Shown: positions 38,795-52,500 of the stretch, piece after piece
Numbering within the stretch: position 1 is the stretch's first letter
Layout of the letters: every line of letters starts with the position of its first letter
NCBI RefSeq assembly: GCF_009914755.1
Contig: NC_060935.1
Strand: one strand, 5' to 3'
Origin: the human T2T-CHM13v2.0 reference genome, Homo sapiens
Length of the DNA: 64,000 nucleotides
The notes under the pieces: model-generated
Told to the model about the DNA's origin: nothing
The model's input: only the letters and a program-made list of their open reading frames with translations
Database searches by the model: none
Position numbers and translations under genes: made by a program

Positions 38795-41487
38795 GGAGAG
38801 GAATATCTCTTGCGAAGGCATGCACATACACACACCAGCTTGTGTGATTCAGGGGTAAGAAAACCTGGTCCCTTTCCTCCTATTTCACCATTACTATCAT
38901 TATGCAAGGCTTTAAAAAATCAGTAGCTGAGGCTGTAATTTTCACATTCCTTGTAATGTCCTTTGCATCTAGAAGATCACCTGGCACATGGATGGTCAGT
39001 CATGTATGTTGAACAAATGCACAAATAATAATAGTAACAGACCTCGTACGTGATCAAAAAAAAAAAAAGAGGAATTAACTCACTTGTTGTATTCCAGGGG
39101 CTCTTCCAGGGTATTTGAATGGAGATAAAATGTCTGCTTACTTCCTATCTAAGTCATAGCCTAGAACTAGAGCTGAGAATATATTCCTCAAGCCAGCTGC
39201 TAAATAGCTAGTAGAATGGCACCAAGGTGCCAATGTGGACCTAGCCAGGGTGTATATGAGTTTCTTCTAATGAGAGGGGGGTACTGGAGGCAGTTAAACA
39301 TTGACCTGGAGCTGCTTGCTGGGAAGCAGCGTGAAGTGTTGCTTCCATTTGAGAATGAATATTCCATCACAGAATTCCAGTTAAAGTCAACAGATTGAAT
39401 ATACTCATTATGTATTCTCCTTCCTAACACTTACTCAAATGATCACAAATGCATCAAAATAATGTAGACTCACAAAGAGATTGGAAGAAGGGACCTTAGC
39501 AGAAAAAGATATCAAGAGATTTTGGAAAACAGTAAATGGCAGAGGAATTCATGATCTAGCAGGTGTAGGAAGATGTCACCTAAGTGTGAGCAGAGTGAGA
39601 GCCTCTGAGTAGAGAGCCAGTTGCTCCAGCAGAAACTTGGAGATGCTTATGCCTTGGAGGCACCAAGTGGTCAGAGACGGGGGTGAGGATCACAAAGGAT
39701 TCTCCTGTCCAGGACTTTGAATCTTGAGCAAATCACACACAGACAAGTGAGAGATGAAGAGAGATTCACAGAGGTAGTGACACAATGGCTGTGGTCCAGT
39801 GGCATAGCTGCTGAGTGGCATAGCTGCTGAATGGCAGCTGTGGTGGCTGCATCCTGGCAAAACTAATCTGCCTCCTAACCTCTACATATCTAAGAAAAAT
39901 AGAGGCAGGCCAGCCTTTCTGCCCTGATCCTTGCTTACTTACTGGACATCATGCCTGAGGGCATTGTACTTGATATATTTAGACCTCAGTTTCTTCACTT
40001 GTAGAAATATATATAAAGTTATGTAAATATATATAAAAATACACATAGACCAATGCCTGGCACCTAATACATGTTCAATAACTGTTGAACAAGAGCATCC
40101 TCCACTAGGCATTTCCCCATTGCAAGAACCCAGCTGGACAATGGAGATTTCCATCTCTTCAGGGGATAGCTAGAGATTCATCTCTTCAGGGGATAACTGG
40201 AGATCCATCCCATGGGGGTGGAAATAAACATGTAACATTAGTTTTTGGTCATTTCTAATCTACCAGTCCATTGTTTAATTTCCAATAACATAGCTATTTA
40301 AAAACCTCACTTTTAATTTGAAATAGGTGCAAAAAAGAAATAATGTTTTGTCATTCTGAAACTCTCTAGCCTCACTCTTAGGGAAACTATCATAACATTA
40401 TATCTTCAGAGATTGACTTTACCTATTCTGTCATCTCCTTCATCCTGTGTTTGGAAAGTCTTCTTTAATGATCAAAGTCTTCTCTCTTCAGGACAGTTAA
40501 ACATCATTTTCATAAGCACAATTTGTTACTAGCATATAAGAAGTGTTTTATTTTGTTCCCAACTGAGGTTACACCAGAGAAGACACATCTAAGCTGAAAC
40601 ACCAGAGCAAGAGATAGATTTGCTTAATGTTACCCGGCAGTTGTTTGCAGTACAAACAACTGCAAACTCTCAGTGGCCTAAAATAATAAAAGTTTATTGC
40701 TCATTCTTGCTATATGCTCCTCACAGGCCACAGACAATTTCTTTCATCATAGTCACTCAGAGACCCTGACTAATGGCACAACTGTGATCTAAAAATGTCT
40801 CTATTACCTGCCAGAAGGAAAGAGCAACTTAAGAAATATAAACAGTTGTGGAGCTAGAAGAGACAATTGCTTCTTAATTCGCAACAATACAAGATGAAAT
40901 GAGAGAGATGCTTTATGCAATAAAACCCAACTCAACCTCAGAGGCAAAATCAACTCAAGTGCTTGGTCATTACATCCATTGTTAAAGCCTCTGCATTAAC
41001 TAATGTGGCATCCAGGATATTCTTTCATTTAAAAAAATGGCTAAGGGAAAAATAAATCTAAGAATGCGCCTCTCTGCCTTAAGCCTGATTGACTCAAGGT
41101 ACCCACAATTAAGAAAAAGGAACATGTTTTTAAAAGGGCTGTGGTTATGGTGGTTGGCATATATGGCTAATTAGAGTCAAAAAGATAAAGGCCAGCAGAG
41201 ATGTTAAGAGTTGTGATGCCAAAAAAACTATGGAGTTTAATTAGAAAACTCTGTAACTGTTCAAGACCGAAAATGAACCTTAACTTTCTGAGAGCATAAA
41301 GCAGAGGATGTTGCTGAAGAGGAGATTATTTCCTAGTGTTCTCTTTAGATGCGTCAACAAAGTATAATGTAAAAAGAAGGACTTCCTAGAAGGTAATATT
41401 AAGGGCCATGGGGGAAGACAGGGAGATGGACTGGGGAAGCTGCCCCAGGGGGCCAGACCAGAATCTAATAAAAGCATTTTCCTTATT

Positions 41488-41783
41488 GGCTAGGTTCAGT
41501 GGCTCACTCTTGTAATCCCAGCACTTTGGGAGGCCAAAGCAGGTGAAGGGATCACTTGAGGCCAGGAATTTGAGACAAACCAGACAGACAAAACCCTGTC
41601 TCTACTAAAAATACAAAAAATTAGCTGGGTGTGGTGGTGCACACCTGTAGTCTCAACTACTCTCAAGGCTGAGGCATGAGACTCACTTGAACCCAGGAGG
41701 TGGAAGTTGTAGTGATCCGAGATTGCACTCCAGCCTGGTTGACAGTGAGACTTGGTCTCAAACAAACAAACAAACAAACAAAA
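41488..41783 (+). mobile_element. Alu with (AAAC)n tail
   Basis: Alu body; ttccttatt duplicated on both sides. Confidence 0.92.
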
Positions 41784-42171
41784 GAATTCCTTATTATAGT
41801 GTAAGGGCTCTGTAATGTCTGCCCATCAGGATTTCTGAAATGCTATGGCTCAGTGACTCGTAAGTCTTCCAGGGGTCACCTTTCCAGACAGGAGTATTTA
41901 TGGTAACTGAACTGTTCCTATTCCACCATTGGAGTTTGTGTGCCAGGGAAAAGGAGGGAATGGAGCTACAGAAAACATGTATTTTCTGTTCATAAATTTT
42001 TGAGTCAATGGAAGCCACATCTGAACCATGTGTGAAAACTTCCATGCATCTTGCCAAGTTCTTGGACTTTGACCTTGATGTCATGACTGGATGAAACCTT
42101 TATGTGGTCTCTTTGAAGAATTTTGCGTGTGGGAAACAGAGTTACCGAATACTAGGTGACCAGAGAAGTAG

Positions 42172-42601
42172 ACTGTGGTATCATATTTGTGCTGTTCACC
42201 AAATGTTTCTGGATCTCTCTCTCTACTCTCCAGCCCCCCAACATTCCCAATCCCCATTTTGAGAATGTGGTGGAATTGCATTTCATTATCCCTTGAAGCT
42301 GGGTGGGATTATGTGGCTAGATTTGACCAGGCTAGTGGGTTGTAAGCTGAGGTGACATTTAACTGCTCAGGTAAGGACTTTCCTAGAGCTCTTTTTCTCC
42401 ATTGGCACGTCAACAAAAGCCTGTTTAAAAACAGTAGTTGATTGTCATCTAGGGTCCCTGAGTAACTACAGAGAGCAGGACCTTCTATTGACCTACAGTG
42501 AGACTGTGATGAAAGTCAATAATAAACTTATCTTGTTGAGACCATTGAGATTTTGATATTGTTTGTTACTGCAGGACAACTCAGCCCATCCTGACTGATA
42601 C
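42172..42601 (+). mobile_element. MLT1-type MaLR LTR
   Basis: Typical 3' end: aataaactt...ccattgagatttt...ttgtttgttactgcag...cccatcctgactgatac. Confidence 0.7.
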
Positions 42602-43289
42602 CTGCAAGGATGGCAGATATAAGACAAATATTAGTCACTCCCCCTTCCTTCTTCCTTTGCAATCATTTATAATCAATCTGGATTCTTTCCTAATCTGCCC
42701 AGATAGTGTCTAAGAATCTTCCTCACTCCTAGTTGATCAGAGCTCAGTCTCAATATGACACTCCTTGGCCTATTGACTTAGCAAATTCTTTAGGGAAGAG
42801 AATATGTTCTAACTGACTGGGGCCAACCAGTATGGGTACATCTATCGGCTCCAGTTATTTTTTGAGATCTCCTCTTTACCGTACATGGGTTTCATGATTC
42901 CAGGAGGTAGGCAAGTAGATAATGCAGGACCCTATGGGATAATAAGCATGATCAATCTTCTTTGAATGCCCTAAAGCCCCAAGCATAATTAGGACTTCAA
43001 AATTAGATATCAAGGGAAGTTGCCCCCAGCACAGAGGTTCAACCACCATAAGAAACAGATAATGTGACAGTATAGTCTCTGGGTTATTTGAGAAAACAGA
43101 GGGAATATAGTAGGAAGCATTGAAACTAGAAAGACTTTCAGGTCAGCTTCTTCTTAGGTGTGCATATTTCCTTCTCTGAATCTCAATTTCCTTATCTTCA
43201 AAATGGGGAGAGTGATAGCAACTACTTCACAGAGTTGTTTTGAAGACTAAAGAACCTACATAAGAGTCTGCCACATAGCAGGCATGTGG

Positions 43290-43685
43290 GGAATGGGATA
43301 TTTAGGAGATGCTGTTGGTGCTCTGCCCAGACCCCCTTCCTGGATTGGTGCACTCATAGCCTAACTGCTGTGTTGACAGCTAAAAACTTGCAGCTGGCTC
43401 CAGCAAACGGCTTTCTGCAGATGGGAGCTGCCTCACCCTGGAGGTTATGCCTCCTTCCCGTAAGTAGCCCATAGCCAATGACTGACTGATATAAGTGCGC
43501 AAAGATAAACCTCGTTTCCTCAAGGAGACAACTCAAAGTTAGACTTTTCCTGAGACTATCTTCCTGCTCAGCTCTTTCCCTTCCCTGTCCTGATCCCCTC
43601 GTGCCTTACAGGCCCTCCTGAGAAATACTCCCTCAAGAAAATCTTGTGAATTTGAATTTTGTCACTGGGATCCCCACTTAAGACA
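43290..43685 (+). mobile_element. LTR16-like ERVL LTR
   Basis: gatgctgttggtgctctgcccaga...cccatagccaatgactgactgata...taagaca. Confidence 0.55.
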
Positions 43686-45862
43686 ATTAATAATTGTATT
43701 ATTACTAATATTATTATTAATTAATGATTTACTATTAATAGTAAATAGCAGACTCTTAAGGTTGTGGTGATGCCCTGAGCTGCTGAAAACTATAGAGGGC
43801 ACCATTTTGAGGTGATTCTAGCATAGCCACAGGGAAGCTCCGTCAACCTAAAAGCTCACAGAAGTTCCTCCTGAGATCTGCTCTTGGAAGAGCAAGAACA
43901 TTTGTGAAAGAACACAAGGCAAAGAATAAAGGGATGATGGGAAGGAGAGCTGCTGGGAATTGATCAGCTAAGGGCATTCTGGAGAGTCATGCTGGGTGGG
44001 TACATTCCACAGAAATGGCCTTTCTCATGACATTTGTCTCAACTAGCCCATCCAAGGCTGTGAGCTGGGGACTCCCTGAGGGACTCCTCCAGTGAGGAAA
44101 AGAATTGCTTCATTTCTGGATGTCCTGTTTCCCATTGGAAGGGCCAGCTCAGGCTCCCATCTCAGTGAGAGGTCACTTGGGCCAGGCTGAAACTCACTTC
44201 GTTTCCCTGAAGAAATGCAGTGCCTTCTCTCACTGCTAAGCCTCAGAGACTTGGCAAGTAACTGAAGACATTTGGAACATCAGATAATGCAAACTCGTAA
44301 TGACCATGAAGCTCCTCTAGACTAAAGGTGGGGTTATCCCAGGCTAGGTCAGGAAAGCTCATGGTCTACTAACAAAGCTCAGATTTGGGGGAGGGCAGCT
44401 GAGCTATGGATTACATGCTGGTGTCCATGTGATATGGTTGGGGTAAAGGCCAAACTGGGAGAGAGGAGGCATGACTTCTTCCAGCTTGGTCACAAAGAAG
44501 TGGTGATTGGTAACGCTAAGGATGAAAATAGTGATAATGAGGATGATGATGAGGATGATGGTGGTAACTATCACTGACTGAGCCCTCATTATGTGCCAAG
44601 CACTGGACTAACTACTTTATGAATGTTCTCATATGAAAATCTCTATCTCATAGGCATGATTAGCCCCATTCTACTGATGAAGCAATTGAGGCTAAGTTAA
44701 CAATCCAATCATCCATAGCTAGGAAAGGGATGGAGCCAGGACTTAAGCTTGGTTTGTAACTGAGTTACCTCTAGTTCATTTAAACTAGGGTATCTTCTTC
44801 CTTATCTGCAAAAAAGCACGGGCTAACAATCTGGCTTTACAATCTGGAATGATCTCTGTCCTCATCACCAAGATGAAAGGGAAGTTTGGGATCAGGTGGA
44901 GAAGGAAGATGGTGTTCCAACGGAACTGTTCACTCAAAGGAAGGCAGTTGGGAAATTCTGTGGCTCCTCCCTTTGTGAGCAGTGTGTTATTCAGGCCTGG
45001 AAAACATCTGAGAAGTGACAGAAGCTGTTGGAGAATTCCAGGGGAGTCAGGTCACTCAACAAAAGGAGTGAGGAACAGATGACTGCAATTCTAAATTTGT
45101 CTTTTTTTCCTTAACTGGAAGCCACTAGATTTTTCCAGACAATATTTGGAAGGCTAAAATCTGATTACCCCAAATAACAGACATAAAAAGATGTGGAGGT
45201 TTTACATATTCATTCAGCTTGTAAAAAGGAAAGGGAGAACCATGAAATAATATTTTATTTATCTGCTTTATGGAATTCTTCAGAGTTTAACGTCTCTGCT
45301 TTTAAACGTTTGAGAGTAAAAACAGTATTTGCATTGGATGGCTTTATTCTTTTTATATTTTTTTGGACAAGCTGTGTGGACCCAGTCTACACTCTGGAAT
45401 TTGAGCCTGACTCTGTGGCTCAGTTTTTCTTAGGACAATATGGGAATCAAATATGGCCTTTCACTGCCTCAGTGGAAGAATGAATTAATTGAACTTTAAA
45501 AACTACCAGGACAAAGAATTATTGAGCTAAAAACATTTGTGTTGTTGCCAGGGACTCCACAGTCTTCTCTCCTTGCTCAACCCAAGTCAGATGTGTGGGC
45601 ATCTCTACTCACACCTTCCTGTCTGGGCTGAAAGGTGACAAGTGAGGAAAGCTTCTCATGAAAGCTCTCCTGGAGGTGCCTGAACCCGCTGTCACCTGTG
45701 GTTCTTTGACGTACAGAACACTGGCATCCTGTTTATGACATTGTGCCTGGAAGGAGGTGCCCACACTAGGGCCAGTGCCTTAGGTGGCAGGCCACACAGT
45801 TCACGCTCTTTGCAGGTATTGCCCTTTGTGGTTCTACAATCCTCCATCACAGGGCAGGGCAC

Positions 45863-46200
45863 TGCAATGGACTGAATGTTTGTTTTTACCCCAAAATTTA
45901 TAAGTTGAAATCCAAACCCTCAAGGTGATAGTATTAAGAGGTGGGGCCTTTGGGAAGTGATTAGATCATGAGGATAGATTCCTCACGAATGGGATGAGAG
46001 CCCTTATAAAAATGACCTCAGATAGTTCCCCTGCCCTCTTTCTGCCATGTGAGGATATAAGGAGAAACCCAGAAGGGGGCCCTCCCCAGAAAACACCATG
46101 CTGCCACACTGATCTCACACTGCAAGCCTTCCTCAACTGCAAGGCATTGATTTCTGTAGTTGATAAAGCACTCAGCCTATAGGGTTCTCACAGCCAGAAC
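45863..46200 (+). mobile_element. MLT1A/MST-type MaLR LTR
   Basis: atggactgaatgtttgt...ccccaaaattt...gtgatagtattaagaggtggggcctttgggaagtgattagatcatgagg. Confidence 0.8.
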
Positions 46201-46545
46201 TTCGTTGGGGATGTGGCTCAAGGGGCTCCTGGCAGTTCTTGTGGTAGGTGGAAAGACTTTTTTGTGACTTTCTGTAACTTCCTCTGTTAATTGGCAATTC
46301 ACATCAAAGCAAACAGCCCGCTGATGTCAGGTAGAGCCTGCTGGGCCTCACACATTATCAGTCAAAGAAGAGATCAAAGATGAAGTGGGCCCTGTTTTGC
46401 TCCCATTAGATCTGTGCTCAAAGGCCTCATCATTTGAGCCTGAGGAAAGAAGGCCTCGGCCCTTCATCTTACACTCCCTTCCTAAAAATGGTCTCATTTT
46501 GCTTGTCTCAGTATCCATGTTGGCAAGATGGACCCATAACACAGC

Positions 46546-47175
46546 CAGCGATGTATGGATCACTAGGAGATTACTAGCAATGCATGGATCACTAGGGAAT
46601 TACTACTAGTGCATGGATCACTAGGGGATTACTAGTGGTGCATGGATCACTAGGGGTCTAGCAGTGCATGGATCACTAGAGGATTACTAGCAGTGCATGG
46701 ATCACCTGGGGATTACTAGTGGTGCATGGATCACCTGGGGATTACTAGCGGTGCATGGATCACCTGGGGATTACTAGTGGTGCATGGATCACCAGGTGAT
46801 TACTAGTGCTACATGGATCACCAGGGGATTACTAGCAGTGCATGGATCACCAGGGGATTACTAGTGGTGCATGGATCACCAGGTGATTACTAGTGCTACA
46901 TGGATCACCAGGGGATTACTAGTGGTGCATGGATCACCAGGTGATTACTAGTGCTACATGGATCACCAGGGGATTACAAGCGGTGTATGGATCACTAGGG
47001 GATTACTAGCAGTGCATGGATCACCAGGGGATTATTAGCAGTGTATGGATCACCAGGGGATTACTAGCGGTGCATGGATCACCAGGGGATTACTAGCAGT
47101 GCATGGATCACTAGGGGATTATTAGCAGTGTGTGAATCACTTGGGGAATACTAGCAGTGCATGGATTATTAGGGG
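46546..47175. repeat. Minisatellite/VNTR, 29-bp unit, ~22 copies
   Basis: Consensus gtgcatggatcaccaggggattactagca repeated head-to-tail with no spacers. Confidence 0.97.
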
Positions 47176-47209
47176 TGCCAAATGGTTAACAAGTGGACTC
47201 ACTGATGGG

Positions 47210-47880
47210 GCTATGGACAAATGGGTAAAAGATTTGAACAGGAACTTTTCAGTCACATACACATACTTCTTAAAAATTAGGACCACATGCACTAAAGCCT
47301 CCTGGGTCATACACACAGGAGACATAGATGACAATGTCCATAGCAGCCCTGCTCGACATAGAAAAACACCTGGAAAAGAGCACAAGTCCACTGTCCAAAA
47401 AAATGAATAAACAAAGCATGACATATTTCACATGCTATCATATTATTACACAACCGTGTAATGAACAAACCACAGTTACTTGAAACAACATGGATGGACT
47501 GAGAAACACAATGTTAAATAGAAAAATAACAGTTCAAAAAGACTACATGCACTCTTTTTAAAAAAGCTCAAAAATAAGCAAAGCTGGTTTGGGTACACGT
47601 ATGTTGTGGGGGGTAGAACTATTTAAAAAAAAATCAACAGGGGAACAATAGACACAAAATTGCAAGTAGCAGCTTCCTCTGGGGAGTAAAGCATGAGAAC
47701 AAGGTAAGGGAGGAGCACGAGAACAAGCGAGGAGCACCGGGTGAAGGAAGGCTGTTGGCGACGCTCTATAGCTCTTGCATTGGGTAGTGGGCTTGTGGGC
47801 TAGTATCTCATGTGGCATAAGACCAAGACATGGGTTACAGAGATTCTTTTGTAGGTATGAGATGTTATATTAAGATAGTA
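47210..47880 (+). mobile_element. Old L1 (L1M-type) 3' end remnant
   Basis: aaatgggtaaaagatttgaacagg; aacaacatggatgga...acacaatgttaaatagaaaaa. Confidence 0.6.
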
Positions 47881-48959
47881 AGATTAGAAAATAAAAGTAA
47901 ATCTGTAGTCATGATGACTTACCTGGGTAAGATAATTGAAATTTCACAGTCCAAAAGCGTAGAAGTGATCTACTTGAAACCCCTCATTTTATGTATGCCA
48001 AGATGACTTCCAAATTGCATAGACATTTGGCCACATTCGTATGACCCTTCAGTGACTGAGTGGAGACCAGAATTCCTGGGTCAAAACTCTCAGTCCACAA
48101 TTACTCTTTCCCTACTTACCCCTGTAAATTCTTTTTTATTTTTCCTTTTCATGCAGTGGTAATTAAAAGCAACACTTAGTGGGCCCTCACAAAGGATGGA
48201 TTAAACACCTCTGATCCAGAAGAGCAGGGAAATCACATTCCCTGAGCAAGCAAAGTCAAGTCTCTCTCTGGGTGTGTTGCCTTTGGCAGGAGTGGCTGAT
48301 TTGGACCTAAGAGTATACATACTAAAGCATTAAGAAGTTTACCTTAACTCTGATTTGTGGCTATCTGCTATCTTAAAATAAAATGGCAGCTCAGAGATTT
48401 ACTAATGAGCATATTTTCTGTAATTAAGATTTTAATAACATTTTGAATGTGGATGGGATGTAGACCTGGCTCCAAGGGAAGAACAAAACATGTCTTTTCA
48501 AATGAAGTGTCCATTTTCAATATTTTAATAAATTACCGACAGTGGTGAAAAAAATCGTGGTGTATCACATCTATGTATTTTACTTACTTAAAATCAAATA
48601 TTTGCCTCATTTCCCCCTAAAATAGAATAAGAGAAAACAATTCAACTAATCCAGGCCATCTAACAGTGGGTGTCCTACAGTGTGACGCAAGAGTCTGCCA
48701 CTCTTTCTGTGGGTCTCTGTTCCTGGACATATACCTTTCAGTGCATCAGAATCTCACCATGCTGGGTGTGATCCTACTGTCGAAGAGCATGCATTTTATT
48801 TCTACAGCATCACCAGTTAAGGCTTGCCCCTTACTTCCACAGTCATTATTTTTCCAATACTGGAGGAAAAACTTGCTATGTTGAACTTGTCGAGAAATGA
48901 TATGTTTGTATACTATCCTTTATGAATGATTTAAGGGATTTCCATGGCCTGATAGTCAT

Positions 48960-49325
48960 TAGAGCTATTCACCAGCTAGTTCCAGTTTTCTTCCTGTGAA
49001 TCTGGTGAGGTTGCACTTCCTTTCATAGTTAGATGGAGCTATGTGAATTGATTTGGCCCTTGAAATATGAGCAGAAGTGAGGTACACACATTCAGGGGAA
49101 GCTGTAAGAGTCCATGTAAGATTTGCCAAGTTCCTCTTCCTGCACTGGCAGCTGCAAAAGCATGGAGATGGAGCCTCCCTCATACATCCTGAGTGAGGAC
49201 AGCACAGAGCAGAGTCTCCCAGCCAACTGGTAATGGACATGTCACATGAATAAGAAATACACTTTGGTTTTAAGGCCCTGAGATTTGAGGGCTACCCCAT
49301 ACCAGCTGATTCATTGACTATATAC
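48960..49325 (+). mobile_element. MLT1-type MaLR LTR
   Basis: gaaatatgagcagaagtga...gatggagcctcc...aagaaatacacttt...ccctgagatttg. Confidence 0.65.
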
Positions 49326-49520
49326 CATTTCATTCAACTTACTAACTTTAGATTGCACGATGTAATTCCAATAGATATTTAGGCTTCCTAGAAAATACTC
49401 ATTTTAACATTGTAGCCATCAATTCATGTTTCTACAAAAAGAACACTACTGTGTAACCAACAATTAGTCTAAAATGGGAATTAAAGAAGAGGCAACAACC
49501 AAAATAAATTGAAATCCACA

Positions 49521-49526
49521 TTTATT
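49521..49526 (-). terminator. Distal SLC1A2 polyadenylation signal AATAAA
   Basis: tttatt on +; TGTATATA just upstream (49536-49543) and U/GU-rich sequence downstream on the - strand. Confidence 0.78.
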
Positions 49527-52500
49527 GATGAGAGATATATACACAAAAGTTAAAACACTTAGTGAAATATTGGATTCACAGGTTATTTCCAGTATATAAA
49601 GAATATCCAGTTATTTTACACGTGAAATGTTACAGTAATCAGTCCACATTGTAAGAAAGCTTAGAAAGCTAAAGGCGAAAACAAAAGACCTCAACTACCC
49701 AAAATGTGCTTCATCAACAAGGCATTTTCTAGTAGCATATATGAGAAACAATTCAAAAATTAGTTGAAGATTTTATCTTTTTGCATTCATTAGTCTTTAA
49801 ACACTATGTGCTATAGATGCTCTGTGCTACGTGACTTCAGACCAATGGGGATTGTGAATGTGAGGAATACAATTAGTTTTATCTTTTGTTCTGGACATAC
49901 AAGAATTTTCAAAGAGAATCCTGCATAAAGCCCAGTTTTATTTCAGGAAGTATTCCATCCTAAATTTGAAAGGAGTTGAAGAAGCCACATTTTCAAGGAA
50001 AAATTAGCCTGTCCACCATACCTCCTCATATGAAGCAGCCACTGCAAATTAATGTGCTTCATGCCCCCTGATGATATTGTAGGCTTTACCCTTCTTGGGA
50101 AAAGAGTAGGGCACTCAGGGTTCCCTATAGCACATGGCTAGTTCTTCTCTGTCCTTGGGGAGGAGAAAGGGGTTACAGGAACTATAGACCTCACAGCATT
50201 GTATTTAGCGATAATTATACAGAATGTGTGTTTTAGGAGGCAACTGTAAACTTGCATTAGTTAATCCCATCTTCAATCATTCAAAACATGCACACAGAAC
50301 ATATTAGGTAGAGAACGTCATACTCCCTCATATATGTGGGACCTGTGTTCATCAGTTGCCCCTCTACAACCGCATAAGCTGTACACTCACTATTCCTGTG
50401 CTTCTAGTGCTCTAAGTTTTTTACAGAGAACTCTGAAGTTTATAGCCAGAACTGTGCTTTCGTAGGGTTTCACCTGCAGATGCATTTGCAGTTAGTTAGT
50501 CAGCAATGTTTTTTCCTGTACCCTGACTCAAAAATCCAAGGGAGACAAGGCTCCTCAGAACCTTTAAGTCATGAGCATCATGATGAGTATTTGGCAACCA
50601 GAGAGGCTGACCTTTCTCTAAAGACATGATGCTAATATGCACAGAGTCAGACTAACTTTTTGTTCCTCTGAGCCCAATCCACCAAGCAAAGGAGGACTGT
50701 AGATGGATGTTCTCATTCTAAACCTACCTAAGTCTAGGTAATCAAAAGTTCCACAGTTGCATTCACCATGTATTAAACAGACATGAGATGACCTTTCACT
50801 AAGAACCAGGACACACACCCAGCCCATCCCTGCTCTGAATTGTGTATTTACAAAGGTGCTGGACACACACAGACTTTCAAACAATCATCAGTACAAAGGA
50901 TTCACAGATAAATTCTTCACTCATATATATTCCCAAGCCACACTGAGAAAGAGGAGAAATGATTCACGACTAGTTATCTAAGAAGGAAAAAGAAATGTTT
51001 GCAAAACACCGATCAACATGTCTACTGCATTTAGATGAATAGCCAAAAATAACATATACATTTAAATTACAATACATCTATACACCATTTCACTGAAATT
51101 ACACCTAGATACCTACATTATAGCTACACAAAGTGCATAGGCACTGTTCTTCATGCGTGAACCAAGTGTCAGTGTGTATACACAAGAGCTTCATGCTTTG
51201 ACAGCTAGCTGTACTTGAAAATAGATACAATTATTGCCAGTCGAGGGTACATCTAATCTGTTTGTTTAATGAAGAGCAGGTTCAAATACATACCAATACA
51301 CTTTCTATGTAACTGACTACTTTTTAAACCACGGTAAAAATACTACTCCTACCACCATCTCAGAAAGTATTTGGTGGAAGGAAGACACCTCGTCTCTGCA
51401 GTGGCTATCGTTTTACCTTTCGGGGAAGTTATATAGTCTGTTATTCACCTGAGGACAGAAACTACCTGGGCTGCTTTTAAACAATTTCAGTATGATTCTA
51501 AGCCCCCACTCCCAGCCCCCAGTGATACAGTATTGCCTCATAGTTGGTTCTAAAAATTTTTTGTAAACTTTCTTTAAAAATGTGTGCTCAATTCACATAA
51601 CAATGTGACATTTACCACTAATTTGCTTGGCAAGAATTAACTGCAACAAATCTGTCCTGATTTCATCTCTAGCACTCATCCTCAGACTCTGCTACTCAAA
51701 GTTTTCCTAAGCCAATTTCCACATAAACCTTTAGGAATGTATGAAACATTCTGATCTAGGAATAATCCTACTATTAATACCTTGTCTTTGATAGTCTTAG
51801 AGAAAAGCAAAATGAGAATGCTCAGCTGGAAAAACAAGGCCTGGTGTCAAACATTTAAAAAATCAGCACCATTCCTTGAGTTAGAAAGATGAATTATTTA
51901 GATGTATATCCTCACCAGCTAAGGGATTTAAGCAATTCCTTGTTCTTAATGGTTCATTTTGTTTATTGCATCACTAAAGACTGGGTTCTTAAATTTGTCA
52001 AATGTGACTATATAGTCAAGAAACAATTGGTAGCTCTAAATTGCTGAAGAAACTTCTTGTGCTCTAATTAGTTATAATTCTACATGTGTGGTTACATAGA
52101 AAATACTGTAAGAAAATATGTCTGCAAAATTACAGATACTAAATAGATTAATTCAGTCTACACTGAGTTCTTTATAATTTCTGAAGAATAGTTACAAACC
52201 TATAACATTATTAAAGGCTAAATTAATATTAAACATATAACATCCAGGTCTATAAATACATTTTCTAATGCTCTTTATAAATAATAGCAAACAAGCTAGG
52301 GGATTTGTTTAAAAAAATGTAAGACTGGGCTGGAGGAATTTGTGGATTTAGGGTGCAATACTGATCAGAGGGCAATATATTGTCCCTGGTAACACAGACT
52401 CTTACCAGGAAGCCAAAATATATCTGCTGGCAACAAGATCAAGTTAGATTCACAGTTTGCCAGCTCTTTCCTCAAGCTGTAGAAAACAAATAGAAAAACA

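Noticed and set aside
46546-47175. Possible CRISPR-like array (29-bp partly palindromic repeats)
   Set aside because: Units are contiguous with no unique spacers, there are no cas genes, and the context is human DNA; it is a minisatellite
30500-49500. CD44-SLC1A2 fusion junction or overlap of 3' ends
   Set aside because: The genes are in normal convergent orientation ~19 kb apart with no rearrangement junction visible
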